Source: Nemertoderma westbladi (taxonomy: Eukaryota > Animalia > Xenacoelomorpha). Taken from it: a stretch of DNA of 64,000 nucleotides. The position numbers and the translations under genes are program-made. Under the pieces are notes generated by a model that did no database searches, had not been told where the DNA came from, and was given only the letters and a program-made list of their open reading frames with translations. Shown in pieces: positions 42,891-55,813 of this stretch; the stretch's first letter is position 1, and each line of letters begins with the position of its first letter. Location of the stretch: assembly GCA_032718475.1 (NCBI GenBank), contig JAUCBJ010008850.1, positions 1,492-65,491 on the forward strand, written 5' to 3'.

Positions 42891-45800
42891 AATAAGCCCT
42901 TTCACGATTAAAACGTACATCGCCCCTGCCCTGCTGCCATCGCCGACTTAAGATTTGCAGGGACTTCCGCTGCCCGCTGCATTAACGATAAACCTGTGTG
43001 TTGTCTAGTCACCCACGATTTATAAATCGGACTGACAGCCAATTATATTATATACCATTTCCGGCTTCGCAAGGAAACCAACCTAGAGAGCGTTACGCGG
43101 CGCGGTTCTACAAACGGTAGAAGCGTTTTTAAAAAAAACATATAATAGGATTATTCTATAACGAAATACATCTGGATATTATTATCATTACATAAGTTTG
43201 TAAAATCAAGATAGTTACAATCAAAGGTTAAACATAAAATTATATACTAATAATAACCTACAAATTCCAAACAATATGGGTTATATGACTGGGAAACAAA
43301 TATACTATCTACTTGGAATGCAAAGCTTATTCAACGATATCAAACTATATTCCTATTTATTATTAAAAGATAGCGGTTTTTAAATACTAGTCACACCGAG
43401 TTATTTATATATAAGGCACATATATACGCGTTGCTATGCTAATAATACATTAAATAAATATATAGTGACAATTTCAAAGTAATGCAAAAGGCATATTTTA
43501 ATTTATTTAGAGTTTTCGTTCAATTTTAAATACAAGTAACTAAATGCTACGGCGCTAGTTGGAAACTGAGGTGGTATTTTAGATTTACCTTTGACTTTTT
43601 ACAAAATGATTTAAATTTTTCAAGTCACTAATATTACGAAATGTATTATATTTATAAATATGAAACAGAGTTTATTCCACCGTAAATCAAACTGCACTGC
43701 AAAATGAAATTTAACGAAAGTAACATGAAATTAAATGTTAACATTATTACAGTTACTACACGATATGGGCAAAGGGGGGGAGTTAACTGTTAATTAGAAG
43801 ATTTTATTATCATTATAATATTATGTTGTTACACGTCTACCACCATTCTAAACTATGTAATGTATATATATACTGTACGCATCATATACCAAATCCAGAA
43901 GCAAAATAAAAAATACAGATACATAAACTAATTCGCATATGTTTACGTATATTAAATCGAAACCAGTAAAAGTTGCTTAAAAGGCTGGAAGGCAACCTAA
44001 TTACAAAAAATGGTTTCAAGAAAATTAAAATTTTCTTTATTTATGGAATTGGTGTTTATTAAATCCTTCTATATACCGGTACTATATAATACTTTGCTTC
44101 TATGAAAACAATTTTTATGAAAACACTAATAAATATTTGCATTAATTTTTTTCATTAAACTCGATTGTGGCAGTTCACTTCACTAATATTGGAACTATAT
44201 TATAATATATATATCTAGATATTTGTAATTAAATACAATTTTCTATGAACCACAAACTTATTTTTATATTTATAGTGAAACTGAATTTAATTGAAAGATT
44301 GAATTAGTGGAAATATATATAATATTATTATATAGATTGATCTTAAGCTCGAAATGATATACGTTTTAAAGAATATTGTATTGTATTAAATTTTCCATAA
44401 AACTATCAACCAATTACAGTAACGCATACAGCCAGAATGATAATTCATTGAATACCTGCAGCAAACAAAATGGTAACATTATAAGTAGACCTAATTATAT
44501 GTATTAATTATATAAGTAATTATTTACTAATAAGTTAATTAATGATCAGTTTTATACACATATATTCAACATAGTAGGGAGAGGCCATCAATTTAGCCGA
44601 AATATATATACCCAGCTGTTGGAGTGAATATAAAGCTATTCACATAAAACCGTATAATTGCGCAAAGATAATTAAATTATGTATTATAGATTGTACCGAT
44701 GGTGACCTGGGGAATTATATAGAACTAATAGGCTGAAACAGTAGAGTATTAGCGCTGGTTCAACCCCAGGTGACGTTATTTCTTAACAAAATCGTATTAA
44801 ATTATCAGAAATAAAACCCGATACACAATATTGTATTTTTTAATATAGAAACTAAATATTTTTATCATATAGGCGCAATAATTATTCGTGAATACAAATA
44901 TGTTGAGTAACTTTAGATGATTAAGTATAAGTATGTTAGTTGAAACATAAGTTCATAACATATTTATTATATATTACACTGAATGGGCACCAACATTTAT
45001 GGTATAACTAAAGGCTACGTTAATCATAATGATAATATAAGACACAAGACAAGGTAAATCTATATTTATAAAAGAAAATGTTAAATATGAATCACAACAA
45101 GTTAGATTATAGTAATTAGTTAAATTACAATATGATATTAAATCATTGAGTTGCCTAAATTATAATTGAAATATTCTGACTAATTAATTATATTATAATT
45201 AAATGTAAATATATACACGAATGATACAGATTGATTGCCATTAAGTAAGATGGTTAGCTTTATATGATTGCATCGCGTTAGCAGCAACATTATGATAAAA
45301 TAAAGTAAAATAGAAAGCGTGTAAACTACTTTATTAAACAGGAGTATCGTAATACAAATGGCTTAAACATAGATTGTTGAATTCGGCCAAATTGTACTAA
45401 TACTGAGATTCACACATTATTTAACGGGGAAAAATACTGTATGTGTAGTGTGTACACATACTGGAAACCATATGCTTAGCTGAGATCACACACACACTCA
45501 AAGATGTAACTGAAGATACAAACAATACCAATTCCAGATAGATATACATTGTATATAGGGTTATCTTGATTGATTGATAAAACCAGAAATAAATATATTC
45601 AACAACTAATTTTAAAAGTTTAATTTCAGTTAAAGTTACAGCGGACTAACATAAAAATTATAGTATCGGGATGAAAATCTATTGCTTTTTCTTGGATAAC
45701 CAATATTCATATATAGAATGATTGTGATTGTGTTTTTGTGAGAGTAAATTATATACGAAATGTGGCAATTTGTGTTGTTTGTTATGAAAGTTACAGATAG

Positions 45801-46927
45801 TGCGGTGCGGTATATATAAATGTTGTATGTAATGTAAATATTAATTATATTTAAACTACTGTATAGCATAGCTATCATTAGTGGTAACAAAACAAACTGG
45901 AAGAAATTAACAGAATATTATTACAGGAAGATAAGAGGTTTAATGATTGGGGATATATTTACTTTCGAAAAGGGAAGAAATTTTTAGCACCACACAAAAA
46001 TTGAAGTAGACAAAACACGGTACCGGTATCAACAACAAAATGGGGAAATACGGGTTATATAGGGTTGTAGGGGAACTTTGGGTAAAAATTACATCAAATT
46101 ATTAAATTTTGTAACAAATACTGAGCACAGACCTTCAGTCAACCATGTATAGCTGATTGCCACGTTTTTTGCATACAGTTGAAAGATATGTAACTGATGA
46201 TTCAAAAATAATAATCTTCAAAAAATAAATTCCTGTACAATGCATCCTTGAAAAAACAGGGGAATCACGAAAGATATCACTGTTTCTACACAGCAAAACT
46301 AATTAATTAAGCACAATATATATAGGTATCTGGTTATATAATAAAATTATATTACACTGTAAGTTTTAAGAAAAATCTGGCGAATAACAGATCGAGTAGA
46401 AGCGGAAGTTATTTGGCCTCGATGTACATAATCAATGATAATTATTTTAGTTTCGAAGCCAGAAAGAGCTGTTGAGAGAGAGAGAGGGACCAAACTGTGT
46501 TTAAAACATAGGCACGGTTAGTTTGTCACCAGGGATGGCATGCTGGAATAAATAAATGAAACTAGTTAGTTAGGCTAACATAAATAATAATGACCTTATT
46601 AGCAACCAGTAATGTAGGCTAACTGTAGTAATGCACCCAAGTAATTGTGCACTGAAAGCACCATCTAATGCTACACGGCCCCAACAAAAAAATAACGGCA
46701 ACCTAGCTCTAAATTTTTGGTCGGCGAAAATGGAGAAATTCATTAAAACATCATCACATCCGGAAATTCATTAAAACATCATCACATCCGGGAATTCATT
46801 GAAACATCATCACATCCGGTCTAGCCAGTAGCCACTAGCTAAACAATGTATATATATTAAAGATAAAGTATATATAGAATATAATTAAACCAGTATTATT
46901 AGTATTAAAGAAACTATTAGGCGGCAT

Positions 46928-49900
46928 TCAACTTACAAATTCTCCTAATATTATTGGATGGCCATTTTCAATATTCTCCAATCCTAAAGGAAAGATACGA
47001 GATGATGGATTTCTCTGGAAATATAAAAGTTGATCTCGGGTATAACTAATTCGCATTTTAGTACCAAATTCGACACGTTTCGTCTGGGGTTCTTCCGACG
47101 TTACGTCACTAGAAGTGGAAACGTCAAGTGAGAACTGGCCAGAACTAACCGGCATTACGAAATCCAAAACAGATTGGATTGATATCAATGTTTCATCGTC
47201 AGCTGGATCGGCATCGCTGCAGACGAGAGATGACACTTTGGAGGGTTCAATCTCTGCCAGGGACGTCACTTTGAAGGGTTGGGCGGGTTTAAACTCCACC
47301 GCGATCGGATTGAGTATCGATGCGGAGACAACAAGCACGTCCATCTCGCTGGCAATCTCCTCTGGCGAAATGTAACAAGAGTTAAGTTTACCCGAAGCCG
47401 GGGGAGTTTCATTAGGGTTAACACGCGAAGGGGGTTGGTGAATATCGAGAGGTGAAGTATCCAGGGGTGAAGTGGGAGGGTAAACAGGAGATGTTGGAAA
47501 ATCATCCAATATTTTATGAAGCGGAGATATTATAACGCCAGCATTGGTTGGAACAACAGAGAACTCATTTATAACTGAAGTGTTATAGGGTTGATCTAGA
47601 TGAAGGCAGTTCGTTGTCTGGCTGTTGTTACAATCTGTGATATCAGATAAAATATCTCTTTTGTTCAAAGAGATTTCTTCATTGCCGAGAGGCAATTTGT
47701 AAGTTACTGGGGGTAGAAACTTACAATCGGTAAGTTGAGGAGAATTATTTTCTTTATTTTCCTCTACATGTCCAATTACTAAGTTTTCTTTCTCTTTCAC
47801 TATTGGTGCTTTGACGACTTCTTTGCAATAATAATTTGCAACATTATCTAACTGATGTAAACCAGCGGTGGAACTGGGATTTACAAACTTTTCCCCGATT
47901 GTATTAACATCAGCACTGCCCGAGGAAATAGCAATGCCGCTACAACCTAAAAAAGGCACCGCAGAAGCCAACGGTGTGTTCCTCTCGCTATCTAGATTGC
48001 CCGTGGAGCCGCCACTACTGCTGTTAGAGAACGCCTTCAGGGTCATTTGGAAGGAACCATTGAGATCGTCAACATTCACATTTAAGGGTTGTTTTATTTC
48101 AGCACATTTCACGTTAGTTTCAGCAGGAGAACTGAAAGGAGAAACTCCCAAATGTTCTATCGATGTCGGAAGATTCTTCAACATCTCCTCTATGGAATTA
48201 TCTAACTCTAACTCACCACTGTCGCGATTTCTTTCGGGTGGACCTTGAGGGTAAAGTTTATTCGCTTTCCCGAAGTCCCATTGACTAATTGTTGTTCTTG
48301 GCATCACCCCTGCATTAGATGGCACTTTAGCATTCGAACTATTAGAACCCATGCCTGGGACTCCTTTACCAATTTCATTGGATCTGTTGCTGTGAATATC
48401 ACGAGAGAGATAATTGGCATCAGAAGTTGGATTGAGAAAGTTAGAGAAATTCACTGCTGATGAGGAAGGTCTATAATTAATGGAATTTGGATGTGAAGTG
48501 TCGTCACCCAAACTGAAGGTATTACTAACACAACTGAAGGGCGCAGTGACACTTGAAGGCAAAAAGTTATTGGTTACTTTATGTCCGTCAAATGTATTAT
48601 AAGGGACTTGGAAATCTGGATCTCCTGTTTGTTGGCCCAAACTTTGCATTCCTTGTGGTTCCGGGTTGAATCGAGGCATTTCGAATGGCCTCGATAAAGA
48701 GTTCCCTCCAACCATGTTGGAGGGAGGAAGAGGCATATCGGGGCGACTATTGAATAAAGGTTGCTGTTTTAGGGGAGCGAAACCAGGTTGATTTGGGGGG
48801 AATTGAGGAGGGAGCTGTTGGGAATAACCTTGTGGCGTCTGTAGAAGGCCAGCGGAAGAAGCATTGCGAGAAGAATTCGGATCGATATTTGGCGGAACAA
48901 AAGGTAATTGCGGTGGTTGATTAATCCAGGGAGGGGGAAATTGTCCAAAATGTGAGAGATTAGGTGGTCTAGGATTAGGAGCAGTTCCCTGAATCGGGAA
49001 TGCGTTCATGGGATATTGCCCACGTGGCAACCCAAGGTGATCCTGATTGAAAACCCCTCGTCTACAATCCGCCCGCCATTCTGTTTGTATTAGATTCGAG
49101 TATCCTGCATTATGCTGGTTGTCGAAGAATTGTTTAGCCAACATTTGATCTTGATGCTGCTGCTGTTGATACTTTGCCAGATGAGGCAAGCCCGGGTCGG
49201 CAATGTCAAACGGGGGATGTAGAGGAGGATTTGGGAAATATGGGTTAATTCCCATACCTTGAGCACGAAGTTGTCGGAACATATGATCTTGCTGGGCTAA
49301 TAATTCTCTTGGTATTCCACTAATTCCAGGTTGATTAAATCTCGACATTCCGTACGTGTAGCCGCTGTTATGCTGACCCTGTGTGCTGTCGCTGTGGAGA
49401 TAATTCCTCGGTGCCGTTTTGTTGTCCGCACGATCGTCATTAACATTCCAATGAGTGATAGTTGGAAACTCTTGTTCTTTAGGTTTTCCACCAAAGTGAT
49501 TGACAACAGGAAAATCATCTTTATTTTGCGATGCATTTGTGGCGGCATTTATAAAAGCACCCACGGCATGGGGGTGTATACCTCTCTGCAACATAGCTAA
49601 AGCAATGTTATTAACTTGATCCTTTGTTGGCTGAAGGAATTTCTTATGAGGTTGTTTAAGAATCGAATTAGCCTCTTTAATCAAGTTATCCATACTGGAA
49701 CTTTTGAAGAGTTTCCCCGGGGAAGGTGGTATTGGGATGCGATGGTCAAATCGTGTGGGGGAACCAGGGCGTGATGATGACTTTGGTCTGGCACCGACAG
49801 CTTTAGAAGGGCTAGCACCCATCATTGATATACCAGATGGGTGGTATGAACCTGTCAGTCTATCTTTGACAGATTTATGACCGCTAAATAAGTCAAATGA

Positions 49901-50584
49901 CTTATAGCTACTCTCCTCATTCATCTTAGGAATCTTCACAGAATGATCTCTAAAATCATTTTTACTCCAAGGTGAATCTTCATTACTGGGATCAACATAT
50001 GAACCCTGCCCAGCAAGTATTTTCACCTTTATATCACCATAATATTCATGTTTAACCATAACTCCAGATTCAGGTGTGTTAAGATTGCTAGTAATGGTTT
50101 CTGGGTGATGTATATCCATGATATTCTTCTGAAATGCGACAGCATCTTGATTAGCAAAGTGAGAATTTGCTGAAAGAGATTCAGCATTCCAGAATCCCAT
50201 TCTTGCAGGTTTACCCAGTGACATTGGAGGAGGTTGTGAGAAGTCTGGGGAATTGTCAACAGACATTGGAGGTGGACATACAAACTTGGATGGCACTGGA
50301 CCCAAACCCATTATATAATCGCCCATAATATTTGCAGGACCAACAGTGCAATTACTGGCAAATAAACCTGCGGATGAAGGATCAGGTGCCATTGGAATAT
50401 AATTTGTAGTTGCTGCACTCATGGTAATGTTCCTATTGACATCAAGACCTTCAATAAACTTATTGTGGTGACTGACATTGTTTTCCATAGATACTGACAA
50501 ACTTTTGGGACCAAAGACATTGCTAATAATATTATTATTCACACCAGGTGACTCCTTAATAGTGAATGTCGGAGTTGTAGACAT
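46928..50584 (-). CDS. Large low-complexity (P/Q/N/S-rich) protein with PAM2 and C-terminal eIF4E-binding motif; 1218 aa from first ATG
   Basis: 3.7-kb non-repetitive open frame in AT-rich DNA; SILNPIAVEFKP (PAM2); GTKMRISYTRDQLL (YxxxxL-phi). May have an upstream exon (possible acceptor near 50614). Confidence 0.8.
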   Translation of the reverse strand: MSTTPTFTIKESPGVNNNIISNVFGPKSLSVSMENNVSHHNKFIEGLDVNRNITMSAATTNYIPMAPDPSSAGLFASNCTVGPANIMGDYIMGLGPVPSKFVCPPPMSVDNSPDFSQPPPMSLGKPARMGFWNAESLSANSHFANQDAVAFQKNIMDIHHPETITSNLNTPESGVMVKHEYYGDIKVKILAGQGSYVDPSNEDSPWSKNDFRDHSVKIPKMNEESSYKSFDLFSGHKSVKDRLTGSYHPSGISMMGASPSKAVGARPKSSSRPGSPTRFDHRIPIPPSPGKLFKSSSMDNLIKEANSILKQPHKKFLQPTKDQVNNIALAMLQRGIHPHAVGAFINAATNASQNKDDFPVVNHFGGKPKEQEFPTITHWNVNDDRADNKTAPRNYLHSDSTQGQHNSGYTYGMSRFNQPGISGIPRELLAQQDHMFRQLRAQGMGINPYFPNPPLHPPFDIADPGLPHLAKYQQQQHQDQMLAKQFFDNQHNAGYSNLIQTEWRADCRRGVFNQDHLGLPRGQYPMNAFPIQGTAPNPRPPNLSHFGQFPPPWINQPPQLPFVPPNIDPNSSRNASSAGLLQTPQGYSQQLPPQFPPNQPGFAPLKQQPLFNSRPDMPLPPSNMVGGNSLSRPFEMPRFNPEPQGMQSLGQQTGDPDFQVPYNTFDGHKVTNNFLPSSVTAPFSCVSNTFSLGDDTSHPNSINYRPSSSAVNFSNFLNPTSDANYLSRDIHSNRSNEIGKGVPGMGSNSSNAKVPSNAGVMPRTTISQWDFGKANKLYPQGPPERNRDSGELELDNSIEEMLKNLPTSIEHLGVSPFSSPAETNVKCAEIKQPLNVNVDDLNGSFQMTLKAFSNSSSGGSTGNLDSERNTPLASAVPFLGCSGIAISSGSADVNTIGEKFVNPSSTAGLHQLDNVANYYCKEVVKAPIVKEKENLVIGHVEENKENNSPQLTDCKFLPPVTYKLPLGNEEISLNKRDILSDITDCNNSQTTNCLHLDQPYNTSVINEFSVVPTNAGVIISPLHKILDDFPTSPVYPPTSPLDTSPLDIHQPPSRVNPNETPPASGKLNSCYISPEEIASEMDVLVVSASILNPIAVEFKPAQPFKVTSLAEIEPSKVSSLVCSDADPADDETLISIQSVLDFVMPVSSGQFSLDVSTSSDVTSEEPQTKRVEFGTKMRISYTRDQLLYFQRNPSSRIFPLGLENIENGHPIILGEFVS

Positions 50585-50908
50585 TCTAGGCCGTTCAAGA
50601 CTATGCGATAGCTCTGGTGGCAAAATTATGAACCGTGTATTATAATCTTCAACATGCAGTGAATTTGTGGATTGTTTATATATAGATATGTTACATCATT
50701 ATCCAGTTATCTAAACACTTTGCAGCTTTGAATAGGATTTGATTGAGAAGGCCAGTCCGAGCAAAGTCGAGTAATAGTCCTGAAATAGCCACTGTCTGGC
50801 TGTCAGGATTCAGTTTGCTGCAGCTATTTGCATCTCAAATTAAAATACACCACCTCCCTTAATACAACAACCATTTATAGGGGGTCGGAGCCCCCACCCA
50901 CCCACAAT

Positions 50909-51264
50909 ACATTAGAGACAGCCTAACTGATCTGCCACAACCAAGTAAAACGAACTCCAAAATGCTTATTTAGTAGGCCTAATACGGCAATCGAAACCCT
51001 AGACAATAAGTATCTTAAACCCCCCAACCCTATCTGGAAGTCCGATTTTGAGCACGAAGAGCTCAAAATGGCTTAAATGTGATTTCAGGGTTCCAATTAC
51101 CGGAAGGGTTAGCACGAGGGTTCCAGGTAGGGTTGGGGTTTAAGATGCTTTTTGACTAGGGTTTCGTCTACAGGGCAACCCTAACCTTTTGAATAAAAAA
51201 AGAGAATAGGGCCTACTCGAGAAAATGTAGAGTTGTGGCAGATCTGTTAGGCTGTCTTTAATGT
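50909..51264. mobile_element. MITE-like element with ~33-bp inverted ends and a nested inner inverted repeat
   Basis: ACATTAGAGACAGCCTAACTGATCTGCCACAAC / GTTGTGGCAGATCTGTTAGGCTGTCTTTAATGT; inner GAAACCCTAG..TAAACCCC / GGGGTTTA..CTAGGGTTTC. Confidence 0.65.
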
Positions 51265-52848
51265 TTTCTTGGAGCCCCCCCCCCCCTAATTATTGTCAAA
51301 TTTAAATAAAATGCTATGAAATTTGGTATGATGATAGATCGACACCTTTTCTTACTGCTGAGTGCTGGCTGGCCGGACTCTCTTCTATTTCTCAGTTTTT
51401 TCAATTCCAAAAGCCCTTTAAAAATGTTTATTTAGCAATGTTTAAAGACCTCAGCAGACTTTATTTTTCGTTATTGGAATAGACGGTAATCTGGATATTA
51501 TTAGAACCGCCTTTATATGCAGATTCCATATCAGAAAACCGTTTTAAATTTAAGCAAAAAATGGCAAAGATAATATCAAAATACTAATGTGCAAATTTTG
51601 AGATGCAAATCGCTTATACCGGTAATTCTAATCTTTTTTTTGACTTTATTCTAAAATATTAATTAGGCCTACTACTGTACTAATGGGTCCTACGAATTAT
51701 TCCCACCCAAAAAAACACAAAAATACACAAAAAAGCATTTTTTTTCGAATATTCATTACCAGGCCTACCACCTACCAGCCTACTGTACTGTATCATACCA
51801 CTATGTATGAAAAGACCGGTCCTACTAAAAACCGCAATTTACCGCAACTTACAACTTACCGCAACTAACCGCAATTTACCGCAACTAGTTGTTATTTTCA
51901 AGCAGCTGCATGGTCTAGTGGCGAAATTCCTAGGCTTCAAATTAAGAGGCCCCTGCAGCTGCAGCCCTGTTCGATCCCTTGCTGCCTTGACCGTGTAGCA
52001 CTGTTTTCTGTTTGTGTAGTGTTTTAAAAACGGTCCTACGAATTAACCCAAACCCAAATAGGCCTAGGCCTACCCCGAAATACTTGTTTTTCACTCGTTT
52101 ATTGTTTTGGTTAGAAAAACTTAGACAAACATTACAGCAAAATCTGAGTATAATAATAGAATTAGGGTGTAAAGTGGGACATCCGTGTCCGGGGTAAAGT
52201 GGGACACCATTTTTTTTTAATGACCAATATGTAGAGTTACACAAATACTGGAAATGAACCATTCTTAATAGTAAACCTATTTCTATACAATTCCGCACAG
52301 AGATTTACAGTTTTACTTTCAATTAAGGCACCAACTATGTATTATTTTTAGCACATAATGTTTATTGGACTAGGGTAAGGTACCCCAATTCCGGACATTG
52401 CAAATTCCGGACAACCTACTCAAATTCCGGACAAACCACTTATTCAACACAAATTTGTACCACGAAAATTAAGAATTCTGCGGTTTTTCTGTAACGTGTC
52501 TGTCTGTCTGTACTCTGTACTGCATTGCATTACTTTTATTACTGAATTGATTAGTAGATTAGGCCTAAATGTGTAAAGGGCCCTCAGAATAGGCGATAGT
52601 CAGTTACATAAGTCCTGACTTTTGCTATACAGCTATTGCTATACTATCGTATTCGTAATACTGTAATATAATACAGTAATAGGCCTATTTGAATTTGCTC
52701 TAATCTGCTAATTATTTTATACTATAATTGCTCTAATTTTCTCGATTTATAATATCTGATTAACCCTACACAATAGTCAATAGGCCTACCTATTTAAATT
52801 CGATCAATATCATTTTGTATTCAATATCATTTAGCAGTTTGTGATACA

Positions 52849-53463
52849 TTGGATGATACTTTTATACTACCTGATTTAATTGAATTAGAAGTCGAAAATG
52901 AACAAAATATTTATACGCCTACTTGCAGTTCACCACGCAGCCCAAGTACAAATGTAACACAAAGTGATACTTCATTGGTATCATCCGCATCCCAGGCTTC
53001 TACATCATCTATCTTATCACCTCACTCAGCAATGCGTCATGCTATACTAAGAGCCATTAGACCCGTGGCCTCTAAAGATACAAAATTTGCGATAGATAAT
53101 GCGAAACGAAAGAGGACAAGAGTGCAGAAGAAGCAGGGGGAAGTGTTAACATCTGATGTAGCACTTCATCGTCTAAATGAGGAACTCAAAGCACGGGAAG
53201 ATAAAAAGAAAAGTAAGAAGAATAATCCTAAGGTTGCAAAGTCCAAGTCAAAGACAACCACCCAGATTTCCACTACGAATACCAATGCGAATGAGATTGA
53301 TCTTTCTATATGCTATGCTTGTATGGAGGTGGAACCACCAATCAAGGAAGATCTTGAAGATGATAATGTGAGTTGGGTGGCTTGCGATTCCTGTAACCGC
53401 TGGTATCATGAGTCCTGCCTTGATGATATAACTGACCCCTGCCTATTTTGTTCAATTGAATAA
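52849..53463 (+). pseudogene. C-terminal fragment of pogo-like transposase (basic linker + PHD finger), no DDE domain
   Basis: GEVLTS..K-rich segment, then CYAC..WVACDSCNRWYHESC..CLFC; lies inside the TIRs. Confidence 0.75.
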
Positions 53464-53699
53464 ATATTTAGCTCAGTGCGATCCTGTTACCGTTGGAACC
53501 CCAGGTTGGGCCTTCCGGGTCTATGATGGGGATCCTCGCCTGTCTCATCATCGAGGTCGTACAGAGTTGGCTGGTTCTGTCAGTTTGCTGCATCCGTGGC
53601 TCATCTTGCTTAAACTGCTTTGCATCCTCGGTTTCTTCCCCATGATATATTCCCATATTAAATTTAATATGGTTAGGAAATAGTAAATAATTTTTGCAA

Positions 53700-55585
53700 T
53701 TTTTAGTGCATTAATACATTAGTAATAGGGCCTTTTTGGCTGTTTGTTTTTTAGTTGTTGATATAAATCTTTTTAATCATTATTCTAGAGTATGTACCTG
53801 TGTTATTTGTTATTTACATTACCATTAGCCTACTCTGTTAGGCTATACAAAGATTCTGATATATATATATACTCATAATACAGTAATATATGATGTATTT
53901 TACCTACTAACCCTACAGTCTACATGAATAAATAAATAATTGTAAATATGCCTAGGTTTTGTTCAAAGTTTTGTCAGCAACTTTTTGGCTGTCTAGGTGG
54001 TGTCTATTATCTTTACCGGTAGTAGTAAAAGAAACTAGTTGACCGTACCAAATGCTTGAGTTGGCCATTTAACATTTTTTAAATTCCATCAACATTTTCC
54101 CAATTTAGTTAAACAAGGTGACAAAATTAAACAATTATTACAGTTGCTGTGTTGTGCTGTCAGAAATGTAAATATTTTTGCAAAATTTTAAGTGCTTTTA
54201 TACATTAGTAATAGGGCCTTTTTGGCTGTTTGTTTTTTAGTTGTTGATATAAATCTTTTTAATCATTATTCTAGAGTATGTACCTGTGTTATTTGTTATT
54301 TACATTACCATTAGCCTACTCTGTTAGGCTATACAAAGATTCTGATATATATATATACTCATAATAGGCCTACAGTAATATATGATGTATTTTACCTACT
54401 AACCCTACAGTCTACATGAATAAATAAATAATTGTAAATATGCCTAGGTTTTGTTCAAAGTTTTGTCAGCAACTTTTTGGTTGTCTAGCTGGTGTCTATT
54501 ATCTTTACAGGTAGTAGTAAACGAAACTAGTTGACCGTACCAAATGCTTGAGTTGGCCATTTAACATTTTTTAAATTCCATCAACATTTTCCCAATTTTT
54601 TAGTTAGTGATATAAATCCTTTTAATCATTATTACAGTATGTACCTGTGTTATCTTGTATCTGTGGTATCTGAGATTTATATAATATATTGAATTATTAT
54701 CAACTCATCATCATTTTACAGTGATTGATAGTTATACTGCATAGAAATGGCTAGACAGAAAAACGAACAGACAGACAAACGAACAGACAGACAAATGACA
54801 GGTTTGTTTACAAATTATTGACATTCTGAGTCTGACATTAACGAATTGTGTTTGCTTAGAAATTCAACTGCATAGAAATTTAATAGAAATGATAAATATA
54901 ATTTAATAGAAAATAGAAATTATACAGCATAGAAATGGCTAGACAGAAAAACGAACAGACAGACAAACGAACAGACAGACAAATGACAGGTTGGTTTACA
55001 AATTATTGACATTCTGACATTAACAAATTGTGTTTGCTTAGAATTTCAACTGCATAGAAATTTAATAGAAATGATAAATATAATTTAATAGAAAATAGAA
55101 ATTATACAGCATAGAAATGGCTAGACAGAAAAACGAACAGACAGACAAACGAACAGACAGACAAATGACAGGTTGGTTTACAAATTATTGACATTCTGAC
55201 ATTAACAAATTGTGTTTGCTTAGAATTTCAACTGCATAGAAATTTAATAGAAATGATAAATATAATTTAATAGAAAATATAAATTATACAGCATAGAAAT
55301 GGCTAGACAGAAAAACGAACAGACAGACAAACGAACAGACAGACAAATGACAGGTTGGTTTACAAATTATTGACATTCTGACATTAACAAATTGTGTTTG
55401 CTTAGAATTTCAACTGCATAGAAATTTAATAGAAATGATAAATATAATTTAATAGAAAATAGAAATTATACAGCATAGAAATGGCTAGACAGAAAAACGA
55501 ACAGACAGACAAACGAACAGACAGACAAATGACAGGTTGGTTTACAAATTATTGACATTAACGAATTGTGCTTGCTTAGAAATTC
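53700..55585. repeat. ~485-bp tandem duplication followed by ~4.5 copies of a 182-bp unit
   Basis: ATACATTAGTAATAGGGCC at ~53715 and ~54200; GCATAGAAATGGCTAGACAG at 54739, 54927, 55109, 55291, 55473. Confidence 0.9.
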
Positions 55586-55813
55586 AAAACAAAAAAAAGT
55601 TGTGCAAATCGGAAAATTGTATGAATTCTGACTTTCATGAACTAGTGTTTTTAAGTGGTGGAAAGACAGACAAACAAACAGGTAGACAAGTGAACAGACC
55701 CCCCACCCCCTGGCAGCATGGTGATACATGTATTCGGGCTTTAGGCACCTTTCTATAATGTAAACTATAGATTTGTATAGCAAACAGACATAGGCAGAGA
55801 CAAATTTATACTC

